Source: Eledone cirrhosa
Lineage: Eukaryota
DNA: 64,000 bases
NCBI GenBank assembly: GCA_964016885.1
Contig: OZ024750.1
Coordinates: forward strand, 47,864,001-47,928,000
Direction: 5' to 3'
Shown: piece by piece, positions 26,876 through 40,072 of the stretch
Position numbering within the stretch: position 1 is the first letter of the stretch
How the letters are laid out: every line of letters starts with the position of its first letter
Notes under the pieces: model-generated
Databases searched by the model: none
The model's input: only the letters and a program-made list of their open reading frames with translations
Told to the model about the DNA's origin: nothing
Program-made: the position numbers and the translations under genes

Positions 26876-27931
26876 GGAAGATGGACATTTTTTAGTGTAC
26901 CGAACTTGCTGGCTACACCGTTCATCCAATTTTCATGAAACCCACACATATATAAAACTCAACGCGTAGAGTGGAATAGGCTACTTGAAATATTCGAAAA
27001 ATCGATAATCGGGCCCTATGACAGAATGTTTTTCGATTCCAATGAAATGTTATGTGAATTGGAACACAAGAACTCTTAGTTTACATCTGGCGCAATAAAA
27101 ATAAATTTCACATGCCCATATAAGAACGTGCGTTATTGATTGGACGGCCAGCTGCATGTCTTCCCAGCTGTCTCAGTAAACGACGTCCATTAAAGAGTTT
27201 ATCTTTTCATATTCCACCTTATTCAAGTGGAAATACAGTATTATACCTATCTGAAAAGGGAACCAAATTTAATGGTGTCTTTTGTAAACCTAAAAGCTGT
27301 GAGTAAATTTTCAAACAGTCTTAAATAATCATGCTTTTTGAAAAAAAAATTACTAAATAATACGTTTACCAAGTTGTGTTGTACATATACAATACAAGTA
27401 AAAAAAATTACGTCGTACCAATGTTTTCCTTTTTTAAACAAAAGAGTCTCAAAAATTACTTAATTTATAATACAGTCTTTTGCACAGGAAGTGAGTAAAT
27501 TTTCGAGTGTTTAAACGTAAGTTCACCAGGGTTTGTGTCTTCATTATTAGCCCACCTCTAATGGCATTTTTTGTTCTGCTTACGACTAAATGTTATGAGC
27601 GTATTTGCAATTAATTGCGCACACGTGCACACCTGCATGCAGATAGACACTGACAGCCAATAAAAAATCGATAACTTGCTTATTAAGATATCGGTCAAAA
27701 AGTGAGATTGAATGTACTTTAGAACATTTGTTGAATATATTGTTCTTTTTGGCATGATATGTCAGAAATATAGCTACTATACACTTTGGTTATTTTTTGT
27801 AACTAAAAAACGGTTCCTTTTGGGTGGATACTTAACGAGAAAAATCCTAGGGTTTTGGACAAGTTTGTTTCAGGCGCTGTATAGACGCCTATTTTGTCAC
27901 ACCTTGGTCATGAATTCGTATTCTTTTCCAA

Positions 27932-28189
27932 TAGATATTTTCCGCTCTATAAGGCTCACCAGGATATAAGGCGTATAATTTAAAATCAGGTCCGCGCAAC
28001 GGCGTGTAAGGCCAACCAGAAAATGCTATCTTCTTTACTTTTAGTCTAGATCTATTACTTCTGTTAGTGCCGTGATTGATTACCATTGTATTATTTATAC
28101 ATAAGACTCACCGGAGTATAAAGCGCAGAGCTGTTTTTTGATTACATTTAATTATTTTAAGTGCAATTTATAGACGGGAAAATTCGGTA
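27932..28189. mobile_element. pogo/Tigger-type MITE nested in the Helitron
   Basis: Imperfect TIRs tattttccgctctataa / ttatagacgggaaaattcggta and internal ataagNctcacc repeats. Confidence 0.55.
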
Positions 28190-28311
28190 AGTTATTGTAA
28201 TCATATTTCCAAACCTTCCCATTCACCAGTAACCATGCTAACGAATCTGGTGTCATCTCTCTCTGTATTTAATCACCTCTCTCTAACCTAACAGCTTCGT
28301 TACACGTCGTT

Positions 28312-28861
28312 ATGCCCACACGGAAACGTTCAAGACTTACCTTCAAAAAAGGTACAGCTATTTCTTTGAGACAACGAATTAGGCGTTCTCAGGTATGAGT
28401 TCATTCACAATTGATTAATCCTTTATGCAATATTCTCCCTTAATGTTAGCAAGTAGTGCGTTTATCCTAACTGCCACCACTTTTAAGCAACTACAACATT
28501 CTAATCGTAGTTATACTAAATTTATTGTCTTACCTTGATTCCCTTTTGTTCATGTTAGACTTTTCTCATTTACTATTGACACTGCCATTGGCTTAGCTAA
28601 CCAGTAGAATTAATTAATTTTCTCTAGGAAACACCTGCTGAGCGCGAATCTAGATTCGCTGATAGACGTCTTTCCCGGCTGGTTGAGTCACCAACATCAC
28701 GTACGACAAGGCTAGCTGATGTTCGCCAACAAGCGCTGACGGAGGAATCTCCAACATCCCGTCAGACGCGGCTTGAGGCTGTGGCAAAGGGCAATAACCC
28801 TAGATACAATTTTGATCAACTTTTTTTCACCTATAGCAAATTTACCGGGACAGGTTTTTAG
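28312..28861 (+). CDS. Two-exon 104-aa mini-ORF, Helitron RepHel N-terminus-like with STPR-like repeats (exons 28312-28392 and 28628-28861)
   Basis: MPTRKRSRLTFKKGTAISLRQRIRRSQ | CAG/gtatga ... ttttctctag/ | ETPAERESRFADRRLSRLVESPTSRTTRLADVRQQALTEESPTSRQTRL...; phase-0 GT-AG intron joins the exons in frame. Confidence 0.6.
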
Positions 28862-29374
28862 CTACTCAAATCTACTTCAGAGATCACGCATTGATGTAAA
28901 AAATCAATGAAACTGAAGCGGGGCTCGACTTTGCGCCAAAAAACAAGGCAAAGTTACACATGGGAAAACTTTTTACAGGAACGTCCTATATTCTTGAAAA
29001 CTGTCCCAAAAGACTCGCCATTATGCCGCGGTTAAGATAAAGGCCCTTTTAATTCTTCTTCTGCACATGTGAGCGCAAAAGTTGTAAAAAAAAAACCCCT
29101 GAAAGTAATCGACATTTTCACCCTGCTTTAAATTAACTGAACATTCAATATCAAGCGATTTTGACTTCCGTCAGTCGTGCAGAGAACAATTTCAACGATA
29201 CACTGAGTAACTACAATTAATAAATTACACACATGTGTCTAGTAACCTATTTTTTTCCATTGAAGTTCGATGTTTTGAACCTGCGATGCGCGGGAAGTAA
29301 CTTTCACACATTCTAACAGACCAAAGGTCGACTTACATCCGGGCAACGCCGGGTACTTCTGCTAGTATATAGTA

Positions 29375-29412
<38 letters not shown>

Positions 29413-29413
<1 letters not shown>

Positions 29414-29612
29414 GAGTAGGACCCCGACGGCTGACCTCAAGCAGTTTGGACGGCTAATTTGACGGCTAATTCTGAGTCCAGAATTAGCCGTCGAAACGGC
29501 TTGAGCTCAGCCGTCGGGGTCCTACTCGTTCCTATTTCCCACTCTACTACTACCTAAGTATTGAGTACTTTGGTACGTTATGGTTACCTGGTTCCTTACC
29601 ACATTTACTTCG

Positions 29613-29654
<42 letters not shown>

Positions 29655-29870
29655 TAAAATAACAGATTACAGTTTAAGCAAAGAATCGCTGCTTTCACCC
29701 TTAACGGGATCCTCAGAAGATCATCTTAAGGGGGAAAGCAGCGATTCTTTGCTTAAACTTTAATCTGTTATTTTAATAAATATTTGCTCTACGGTTCCTA
29801 TATATTTGATATATATTTATACTTATCGAGCCCTCTTTGGATTTTAGTCTTCAAATTTACTACAATTACT
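29413..29870. mobile_element. Family C palindrome (29413-29613) followed by family B palindrome plus tail (29650-29870)
   Basis: Matches to 24187-24374 and to the reverse complement of 34572-34720; separated by (TA)n. Confidence 0.85.
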
Positions 29871-30304
29871 ATATATATATATATATTTATTTATTAAATA
29901 TATATATATAGTATACGATTATGCACCTATATAATCTCAGTATATATAAAACAAATACAACAAACGGTTACTACTTTGAACCGATTCTATATACTATATG
30001 TATGCGACTAACACAGTTGCTTTTTAAAAACATAAGGCAATGTTTACTTGAATTATGAAGATCTCTCTTTTGAGAGATTTATCCTTCTGACACGAATGTT
30101 TTATTGTATGCAATGTTCCTAAAGAACAGAATCAATGTATGTATACAATTTAAATATGCACCATAATATGGGCGGCAATTTTTTATTATCTTTCATACTT
30201 TCAAAAATCTATATTATTGAACATGTTGTTGATTATCTCGACAAAACATTATAGTTGGTGAGTAATGATTAAAGCCATCAATGTGCTACGTGTGAGGATA
30301 TGGC

Positions 30305-30688
30305 AGCGTGGCATTATCGGTGGGGGATCAGACGCCATGCTTTGACGCATAGAGTTACAGCCCTTGCCATTCTGAGTTCAAATCCCGCCGAGGTTAACTT
30401 TGCCTTTCATCAGTACGGGGTCGATAAAATATAAGTACCAGTAATGCACTGGATAATTGCTGGCCTTGTGCCAAAAGTAGAAACAATTATTATAAAGGGT
30501 GGGGAATTGACAGTATCGGTAGAGGGCTGGAAGCCTTACATTCTAGCAGAGTTACGTCCGATTATGGTCTGAGTTCAAATCCCGTCGAGGTTAATTGTGC
30601 CTTTCATCCTTACGGGGTCGATAAAATAAAGCACCAGTAATGTGTTGGGTAATTTCTGGCCTTGTACCAAAACTAGAAACAATTATTT
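30305..30688 (+). mobile_element. Two tandem tRNA-SINE copies (30305-30492, 30498-30688)
   Basis: Each has the B-box gagttcaaatccc, the core and the gaaacaattatt end. Confidence 0.88.
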
Positions 30689-31211
30689 CAAAGCATGATT
30701 TGAAATATTATATTTTACTAACTTAGTTACCAAAAGATACTTCGAATCTGAGATGATGCTAACATTGTTGATTATTTTGTTATTATTTATTTTATGTTAT
30801 GAAGCTTACCACATAATTCAGAATTGAAGAAACATGAGAGGACTAATCATGAAGAGTATTATTATCTGAATCTAAAGGAATATATTTTGAACAGTGGAAT
30901 ATGTTGTAAATACAAGAAAATAAAAATAGATATTTTGTTCCTAAAAAACAGCCAAACAGTGTTCGTGTTGACTTTGTCAAATATCTTAAGTATATCAAGT
31001 ATAATTTTTAGAGCCATAAAGAAATACGAATTATTTATTTGGCATGTGGGTACATATTTATATAAATAAGATGTCCAAAAAGAATTTGAAAGTGCTCACT
31101 CCCCCTATCTCTCTCACTCATTATCTCTTTCTCTCTATCTCTCTGGATCTTTCTCTCTCTATCTCTCTCTCTCTCCCTCTCTATCTCTATCTCCATCTCT
31201 ATCTCTCTCTA

Positions 31212-31242
<31 letters not shown>

Positions 31243-31247
31243 GTATA

Positions 31248-31670
31248 TGCTCATGTAGAAGACCTGAAAAGGGTCCATTAGACCAACAGTGAAACACTCC
31301 GGTTGTGATACACCACGCAGAGGTTACATCCACCAACCATAACCACCTAACAGAAGCCTAGACCTATGTCCGTATGTTGCGAGCCGGTTTAAAAGCCGGT
31401 ACCTGAATCACGATACGACCATCGGATGGGCCGACAGAAATCATACGGACCATCTCGCCAATCACGTGTTGAGTCTTAGGAACAACTGGACACAGTTTTC
31501 CTTGAAATGGAGGATATTAGAAAGATCTACCCACTATGTGTATGGGTCAAAAGTTGTTGACTTTGTCATTCTGAAAAATGGTTTATCCTCTTACAACTAG
31601 CTTCAGGTTAACTCTGCTTCAACACCCGTCTTGAAAAGAATTATATTTTGAGTAAATGGCATAGATGTAA
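31248..31670 (+). pseudogene. Decayed PLE GIY-YIG endonuclease domain (same type as family B)
   Basis: Across frameshifts: CSCRRPEKGPLDQ..VVIHHAEV..TYV..RFKSRYLNH..LANHVLSLR..FSLKWRILERSTHY..LCHSEKWFIL..FNTRLE. Confidence 0.75.
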
Positions 31671-32076
31671 CGGATCTAGGAATATACTTACTATTTTGTA
31701 TATTAGGTAAATTTGATTTTCTGAGTCAGCTTCAAAGACATATTTTCTACAGTATTCAATTTTCACTGTGGACTCACAAACGTTACTTTCTAATTTAAAA
31801 AGGAAACAACCCTTTTCTAAATAATATCTAAATTACCAGCCTTTCTTTAAATAAGCTCTTATGATATATTTCTAAAAGTAAAGCACAATCAGTACGAAGT
31901 GGTCATGATAATTTTCTCTTTTTTTATGACAGGATGAATGAGTTAGTGACCCTAAGAAACTGAAGTACATGTTCTTGTCACTGTTGAAATTATTTATACT
32001 GAACCTCGTTCTATGGACTTAGTACTCTTACCCTTAGATATCTCTACAGAAATGTTACTACAGTATATACATGTAC

Positions 32077-32128
<52 letters not shown>

Positions 32129-32154
32129 CCCTCTCTCTCTCTCTGTTTATATAT

Positions 32155-32216
<62 letters not shown>

Positions 32217-32305
32217 TTCGTTTCAAAGTATAACAATATATATATATATATATATATATGTATCCTCCTCTCTCCCTGTGTTTATATATATACATACATG
32301 TATAT

Positions 32306-32338
<33 letters not shown>

Positions 32339-32601
32339 CATGTTTACGTATATATATTGCTATGTATAAGTATGATTATTTATGATACTAAGTCTGTTGA
32401 AAGATAGGAAGATGATTAAAACTTGACACAAAGAAATGAATCAGAAACATTGCAGCATATGTCTTGTATAAGAAGATTCAAAATGGCAAAGATAATCCAA
32501 TATTAAATTGTTAGTGAGTTTCTAGAATCAACTTTCATGATATTTCTTTTATAGCAACTGTCCAAGTAACATATGCGCAATAACATAATCAGTTATTCCT
32601 A

Positions 32602-32645
<44 letters not shown>

Positions 32646-33550
32646 GTACAGGAACAAACTACCATTTCTATAGTTATATAGGAAATTTTAAAACGGTAAA
32701 GAATAAAATCCAGAGAAATTACAAACTATTCTTAAAATATAGTTTGTAGACGACAAAAGATGAAATTAAGAAAAATCTAAAGACGCGAATTTAATTAGAT
32801 TCTAAAAAACATACATATATATGCAGAATAAAATAAAATTTCTTTAGATAAACTTGTAACTAAATTCATTTGGGAATAAGTTTGAAAAGGAATCAAAATT
32901 TACTTTGAACATGAAAAGAAATTTGAATCCATAGATTAACAATTATTGACATACAAAACATAATATATATTTACTTCCCTATGTATACACACATACATAC
33001 ATACATTCATATATACATATGTATACATGCAACTATAATGAATGCTCATGCATGTATGTATATGCATATATATACACACACACAAGCAAACACATTCTTA
33101 TATTCATATGGCCACATAACTTCTTACACGTTTTGCTCGATTAACGGAATTGCTTACGTGTATTACACAAATACGTTTATTCTATACATAATTCTGCCCT
33201 ATTCCACACCAATTTGACTGGCAAATTACTTTCACATTTGTGCCACGCTTCATTCATGTTAAAACTCCTCTGATACGATGTTATTTAACTGAGATGTGAT
33301 CCCTGATCTAGACCGCCCATGATGTAAGATTCTCAGAATTATAATTGACATGTATTCCTTTCTTTTATCCACACACTTATTTTCGAGTAAAGATATGATT
33401 CCTGCATTAAAAGCGTGGTACCAACGGCAGGTGTAATGACATCATATATTAATAACAAATGCATATAAGCTATGGGAAAATTGTGAATATTGTATAATAC
33501 ATCTAAGAGACATGCATATATATATATACATAAATATATATATATATATA

Positions 33551-34562
33551 TTGTTATGCTTTGGGAGGGTCATGTTGCCAATAAGAAACACACGCACCAG
33601 AAACTTTCAATTCAAATTTAGAAGGGCCCTAGATAAACATATCCTCAATATTAAGATAGTAGAAATACCAGGTATATCCATAAAAAAACACTTATTAGCA
33701 ATACATTCCATTTTCAAAGACATCCCTGTATATATAAAAAATGTATAATCTGTAAATTAAGCCCCCATATTAACTGTAAAACTAGAAATGTAGTATTTAG
33801 CATAAGATGTACTGAAGGAAAATGTAGAGATGAGAATATAGTGTACATAGGTGAGACGGCTCGTAGTATAGGGGAACGGATAAATGAACACTGGCGTGAG
33901 CTTCAAGATATTAAAGTATCATCCGTACTCCACCAACATGCAAAAATAGCACATAAGGGTAAATTAGAGAACATAGAAATAAAAATAGAATCTACACACA
34001 GAAAAGACGCAATGTTAAGACAAATCACAGAGGCAATAAACATAAATGAACTCCAACCAAAATTAAATAGAAAACATGAATGGAATAGCAATATCACAAC
34101 TTACAATGAAGGACAAAATGAAAACACACACACACATAGAACAAACAACCAACCAGTAACATGTAAATAAACAAATAAATAAACAAATATAAACTCACAC
34201 AGATACCCGGATGTAACACATGCGCAAACTAAGCACGCAACACACACAAAAACAAGATGGCGTAGGACAGAACAAAGGAGAGGCACAAAAACAAAGAAAA
34301 TAATCCCAGTCACTGAAGAGGTCACATAATGCGTGGCGAAACAACTTTGACAATATATGAACAACCGTCCGGTATGGAACCAACCAACCAACCGGAAATT
34401 TATAAATTCTTAAATTTATAAATTTAATTTATAATAAATTGAAGTGAAAGCAGCTGGTGCGTGTGTTTCTTATTAGCAACATGACCTTCCCAAAGCATAA
34501 CAATATCGGTATCAACACATGTTTTCAGATAAAGAATCTTGCTAAACAAATTCAGAAAAGAA
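33551..34562 (+). mobile_element. 5'-truncated PLE (family A1) with GIY-YIG remnant and inverted copy of its 3' end at the 5' junction
   Basis: NCKTRNVVFSIRC..C..YIGETARSIGERINEH..VLHQH..H..RQITEAI..PKLNRKHEW. 33551-33600 is the reverse complement of 34455-34503. HHR-like motif at 34309-34351. Confidence 0.88.
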
Positions 34563-35183
34563 ATATATATATAGTAATAATAATAAATTTGAAGACTAAA
34601 ATCCAAAGAGGGCTCCATAAGGATAAATATATATCAAATATATAAGAACCGTAGAGCAAATATTTATTAAAATAACAGATTAAATTTAAGCAAAGAATCG
34701 CTGCTTTCACCCTTAACGGGATCTTCTGAAACTAACAAATCAATATGTAAACGCAGAAGTGGATTTTTCAAAAACGTTGCATCCGAAGGAAGACAGGAAG
34801 ACGATACTTTGGTTCGTGGAAACGTTCCCTGGCAAATAAGGAATATGACGTCACGTTCAGCTTATATCTGGAGTATAAAAGACAACCACACCCAATATAA
34901 GTTACACTGGGAGATTCTAGCTAGGGCTAGATCGTATAACGGAAATAAAAGACCATGTGACCTCTGCGCCGCTGAGGCCCTGGAAATACTCTACGCCACA
35001 GACCACATCTTAAACAAAAAATCTGAGGCAATTTCGGCTTGTAAAGATAAATTGCACAAACCTTTCCTGTATTACAGCCCCACATTATATCCTAACGGAT
35101 AGTACTATCTATACGTGGATATTTTACGTCTTGACGTGGTAGCTAAGTATATGTTATGTGTATACCATTACTTATTTGCATAG

Positions 35184-35944
35184 GTAAGTATATATTACCT
35201 GTATGTTTTGTGAAGGTACGTATACTTTCTCGTACGTATATTTATTGTATATGTTATGTCGTATACTTTTATATATTCTGGTACATATGCTTTTGGTTAT
35301 GTGTATACGGGAGTTTTGCGTCTGTGTGAGTATTCGGGTTCGTACGTATGTTGGGTGTGTGTATATGTGTACTTCATGTTTTGGTTGACGTTGCTCCGAA
35401 CATTTGTGTATTTACAGGTAGGTATGTGTGTGCGCTTGTTATATACGTATTTATGTGTATACGTGTATGTAATTTCTTATTTATTTGTATACACGCACAA
35501 ACACACACACACACATATGTATTTGTTCGTGGTTTTGTATATCTATGGCGAATGTTTTCACGTATGCTTGTGTATGCACGTATTTGGATGCGTGTATGTA
35601 TTTATTTAATTTCAATTACCTCTGTATTGTATTTTATTTACTTTATTCTCAACTCTGAAGCGGAGAATAATTCAGTTTCCTAGTTAAAATTTGAGTCTAC
35701 GACTTCAGCTACACCATTTACGTGGTTTTGTCTTTGCGTGCAATTGTTCTCCACGCTCCACATATGACGTATTAACTTCGTTTTTTCCGTTCATTGCCAG
35801 AGAACGTCTCTAAGAACCACCTAAGAGAACATTAGTCTACGACTTCTTTTATACCATAAACGTGGTTCTGTCTTTGCGTGTAATTGTTTTTCACCGCTCC
35901 TATTAATGACGTATTATATTCGGTTTTTCCCCGTTCTTTGCCAG
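35184..35944 (+). other. 761-nt GT-AG spliceosomal intron within PLE family B
   Basis: Donor TAG/GTAAGT and acceptor tttttccccgttctttgcCAG/G. Precisely absent from the copy at 49911-50246. Confidence 0.8.
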
Positions 35945-35965
35945 GGAACATTTCCACGAACCAAA
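35694..35965 (+). repeat. ~140-bp diverged tandem duplication spanning the intron 3' end
   Basis: agtctacgacttc...tgtctttgcgtg...tgacgtatt...ttgccag occurs twice, with units starting at about 35694 and 35834. Confidence 0.85.
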
Positions 35966-36135
35966 TTATCGTCTTCCTGTCTTCCTCCGGTTGCAACGTT
36001 TTTTGAAATATCCACTTCTGCGTTTACAGATTGACTTTGTTAGTTTCAGAAGATCCCGTTAAGGGTGAAAGCAGCGATTCTTTGCTTAAACTTTAATCTG
36101 TTATTTTAATAAATATATTTATATATATATATGTT

Positions 36136-36166
<31 letters not shown>

Positions 36167-36216
36167 ATGTGTGTATGTGTGAATTCAGAAAGCAACACAC
36201 ACAGGCACACACAGAC

Positions 36217-36265
<49 letters not shown>

Positions 36266-37785
36266 CCATATATATTTGGTAGTTATTACGGCATTGGATA
36301 CTTATTCCTACTATGTGTTGTCTACTGTATTCAAATGCCACCAATGTTATTTTGCCATTTCAAGTTCGATGCCTGGTAATACTATCTGTCGCATATGATT
36401 ACGATTGGTGGCAGTAGTTTATATACATAATCACACATTTTTACGTCGAAATGAAAACCCAACCTCATTGTTGAGACGTCTGCCTATATTTGCGTCTGTC
36501 AGAGAAGTGATTAAACAACGAAAGGAACGACATTTTTCGCTCGATCTGACGAGCGGTTAATTTTGTTTGGATCATGAGTCTAAGACATCGTCTACATTAT
36601 ATAGACATGTGATCTAGAGATATTGAAACATAATGTAGATTAATTTTCAAAGCAAATATCAGAATGAGAAGAGTTGTCATTGGAGCTGTATGTCTAATTC
36701 GAAAAGGTCGACCAATTATATGTATATGTAATATGTCAGTGTAATATAAACAGTATTTTGTAAAGCAAACAAACAAAAAGAAAGAACGTGATACAAAACC
36801 GAACAAATATTCGATATTCACCTCCGAAATCCAGCACGTAAGCAAATTATATGTATCCTCAGAGGAAATCATGTTTAACATCACATAGATTTAAAAGAAA
36901 TGTTCCTTCTCCTCTGGAGATTGACGTGCTACCATACATAAGACATACATGAGAAAGCTTGTACGACATAAGTTACCCAACAGAGACACGTCAATGAGTG
37001 AATTTGTGTACGTGAGTATGTATGTATGCATATTCATGTACACACAGAAATACATACAAACATACACATACACGTACAAACACACACATATACATACATA
37101 CACACATATATATATATATATGTATATATAAAATATGTGGAAGAAATATATCGCTCCATAGTCCCAATTCCTTAGTAGACCACCACATGCAATAATTCCA
37201 TTGATAGCATGTAAAGTGTTCACATAGTCACTGTTCATGTTTCTCAAGTAACAATACAAGAAGACAAGAAGATTCACTGATGTTTCTTTCAGTTTTTAAT
37301 GATGGACTCACATGCAATTTTATTACATTATACAAACAGAAATCGGTCGACTTTAGTTAATCAAATATAAATACAAATATTACTAAATAAATCGAAATTA
37401 AATTATATTTTAAGCACACATATATCTAAACCTATCTCTTCACAATTTTACACACATGCAATCAGACACACACGCACACTCAAACACACACACACACATA
37501 TGACGCAGTAAAATGAAGAAATATATTAGTTTCAAGCTTGGTATTGTAGTAAGAGTGTATGAATGTTTCGGACACTACTTCAATAAATTTAATATTTTGT
37601 ATGTTTTATATGCTTCATAAAACTCATATTTTTTAAATTGTCTTCTTTTTTAAATAATGTTTAATTTAACGGATGAAAGAGGCAAAAAAATAGATATTTT
37701 AAATATATTTTCGTGCTGATTCCATTATTACGTCTCTTTAACCCCTCATATGTATAGAAGCTTCTCTCTCTCTCTCTCTCTCTCT

Positions 37786-38083
37786 ATAGAGTATTTTCCG
37801 TTGTGTTGTAATATAAATATTACACACAGTAGATTGACAGCTCACGTAGAGTTTGCTCGATGGTTCCAGTTGTAGTTCCAAAAGTAATCCGGAGAAAAAT
37901 AGAAAGATTTGAATGGATACAGTTTAGTTGAAAGGAAATTATTGACACGTGTTTCTATAACAGTTACATAACCTGAAAACAGCTGCTATCTACTGTAGAT
38001 AGCAGCTGTTTTCAGGTTATGTAATTGTTATAGAAACACGTGTCAATAAATTCCTTTCAACTAAACTGTATCCATTCAAATCT

Positions 38084-38089
<6 letters not shown>
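37786..38089. mobile_element. 191-bp palindrome (37899-38089, centre 37994) with left-side tail; contains the 3' half of an HHR
   Basis: Near-perfect inverted arms containing GAA-ACACGTGT-C-aataa; microsatellite flanks. Confidence 0.8.
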
Positions 38090-38121
<32 letters not shown>

Positions 38122-38310
38122 GAGGTATTTCCTACATAGAGTTCTCTATGTAGGCTACATAAGTTATTAGTTATCTAATAAACAACATACGATAATTGTT
38201 TCATTTACCAGTGATTTAAGATGTGTTGTATGTCTTCAGAATATATGAGTGTGTGTATATGTGTGTGTATTTATATATATAAATGAATGCGTGTGTGTAT
38301 ATATATATAT

Positions 38311-38516
38311 AGGAAAATGTATGACCCCGACGGCAGATCTCAAGCCGTTTCGACGCCTATTTCTGGACTAGTCCAGAAATAGCCGTCGAAACGGCTTGAG
38401 CTCTGCCGTTGGGGTCATACGTTTTCATATTTCCAACTCTACTAAGTATTGAGTACTCTGGTGCGTTATGGTCCATTTGGTTCCTTACCACATTTCCTTA
38501 CCACACTTCCTTTGTT
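38311..38516. mobile_element. Family C asymmetric palindrome
   Basis: Centre tctggactagtccaga with the usual tail. Confidence 0.85.
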
Positions 38517-39299
38517 ATATAAATATAGTATATTAGTACTGCGAATTTGTTTTTATTTATTTTAAAACTTGTTCTCTATTTGCTAGACCTTGATTTTATA
38601 TGTTCTGGCTTGTTAATTTATTAACCCGCCATAGAACCACATTGGCATACGGTTCGATAATACTTGTTCCCCTATATGTATTTTTTACACGTAAGAATTC
38701 ATATTTTATTGTAAATTGATCTCCCCCTAAGGTAGAGATAACATGTTGGCCGTTTGGACTGCTGCTATTTATAATGGACATTGACTTGTCCACCCTGCCT
38801 TTTGTCTTTGCACACGGCACAAATCTAATTATTTCTTTCATTCATCATTTGCTCTCATTTTGGGAATGGTTTTGTGTGGCGTCAGTTTGTGATTTGAACT
38901 CGGGAATGTTAAATTCCCCGAAGGAGAAAAGCCTTATGAAGATTGCTCCCTTCTCAATGAAAATCCGCTTGGATATTCCGTTTATACTGTAGCATGAAAC
39001 CGCGGTAAAGGCACATATAGTAAGTACTGCGAATTTTTTAAAATGTATTTAAACACTTGTTCTCTATTTATTAGACCTTGATTTTTTAAATATATATATA
39101 TATATATAAGCGTGCGTTCTTGTGTTTTCGTGTGTGCGTGTCCGTGGGTGTGTGGGTATATGTGTGTATGTGTGTGTGGGTGTGTGAATGTAGACACCTG
39201 ATCATTTTGCCAAATCTCACCAATGAATAGCTATTGTTTGCTGAAACGAACCTTAAAAGTCAGGATGGACACCCCTAAATCCCCACCCCCGACTGAATC

Positions 39300-39592
39300 T
39301 GTCACTTAGCTTGAATCTTTCTCTGCCTTAGTTGCTCTAAATATAGTTTTTAAAAATTACCGTTTCTTTAAACCCACCAACCGCTGACTTCCACCCATCC
39401 TAATCACGACCCTCTCCTACCACCAGAAAAGATATAAATACCACGATATTACTTGGACAATCGACTTCCTGATGACTTCTCCCGAATGAAACATTTCTCG
39501 TCCTGTAGAAGCCGTTTCTATATTAAATATGTATACTCTGCTATGCATTGATTACCTTCCTTACTGTGGTTACCCCTATTTAATCCGGGATA
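39300..39592 (+). mobile_element. PLE family F fragment with HHR at 39462-39514
   Basis: cgacttc-CTGATGA-cttctcccgaat-GAAA-ca...tg-TA-gaagccg. Confidence 0.7.
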
Positions 39593-39609
39593 AATATTTA
39601 AATATATAA

Positions 39610-39679
<70 letters not shown>

Positions 39680-39950
39680 ATTATTATACTTGGGGAAGGT
39701 CATATTGTTGTAATACTATTGCCAGAAATAATAACAGAACACCCTCACTGTTTGGTTGGTTTTCGTTCTCTGTATCTTTTATATCTCCAGAAAAATGGTG
39801 TGGACATACAATACAACAGGAGGAACATAATAGTACCACTGTTGATGTTGGAGATGTCCAACGAAAGAACTTTGTTAGACTATATATATATGTATTTATA
39901 TATATATATACTATATATGTATTTTTGGCCGTTAGTCATTCAACGATAAA
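39680..39950. mobile_element. PLE family A end fragment (inverted arm plus HHR-like region)
   Basis: Matches 25071-25175 and 25385-25550; stem II variant gttgga/tccaac. Confidence 0.75.
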
Positions 39951-40026
39951 CATGTATAGTATAATTTATAATATACTCTAATGTTTAATTAAAAACATGC
40001 ATATGTGCATATGTATATATATATAC

Positions 40027-40072
<46 letters not shown>

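Larger units (their letters stand above)
26869..29365 (+). mobile_element. Non-autonomous Helitron
   Basis: 3' end ccgggcaacgccgggtacttctgCTAG|T. The 5' region tatataaa...accgttcatccaattttcatgaaa is Helitron-like, with the exact start hidden in (TA)n. Internal STPR-like coding remnant. Confidence 0.7.
34572..36113 (+). mobile_element. 5'-truncated PLE (family B): inverted 3'-end copy, GIY-YIG C-terminus, intron-containing 3' UTR/pLTR
   Basis: ORF 34809-35102 reads SAYIWSIK..LHWEILARARSY..CDLCAAE..LNKKSE..C. 34663-34835 is the reverse complement of about 35940-36113. Confidence 0.88.
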
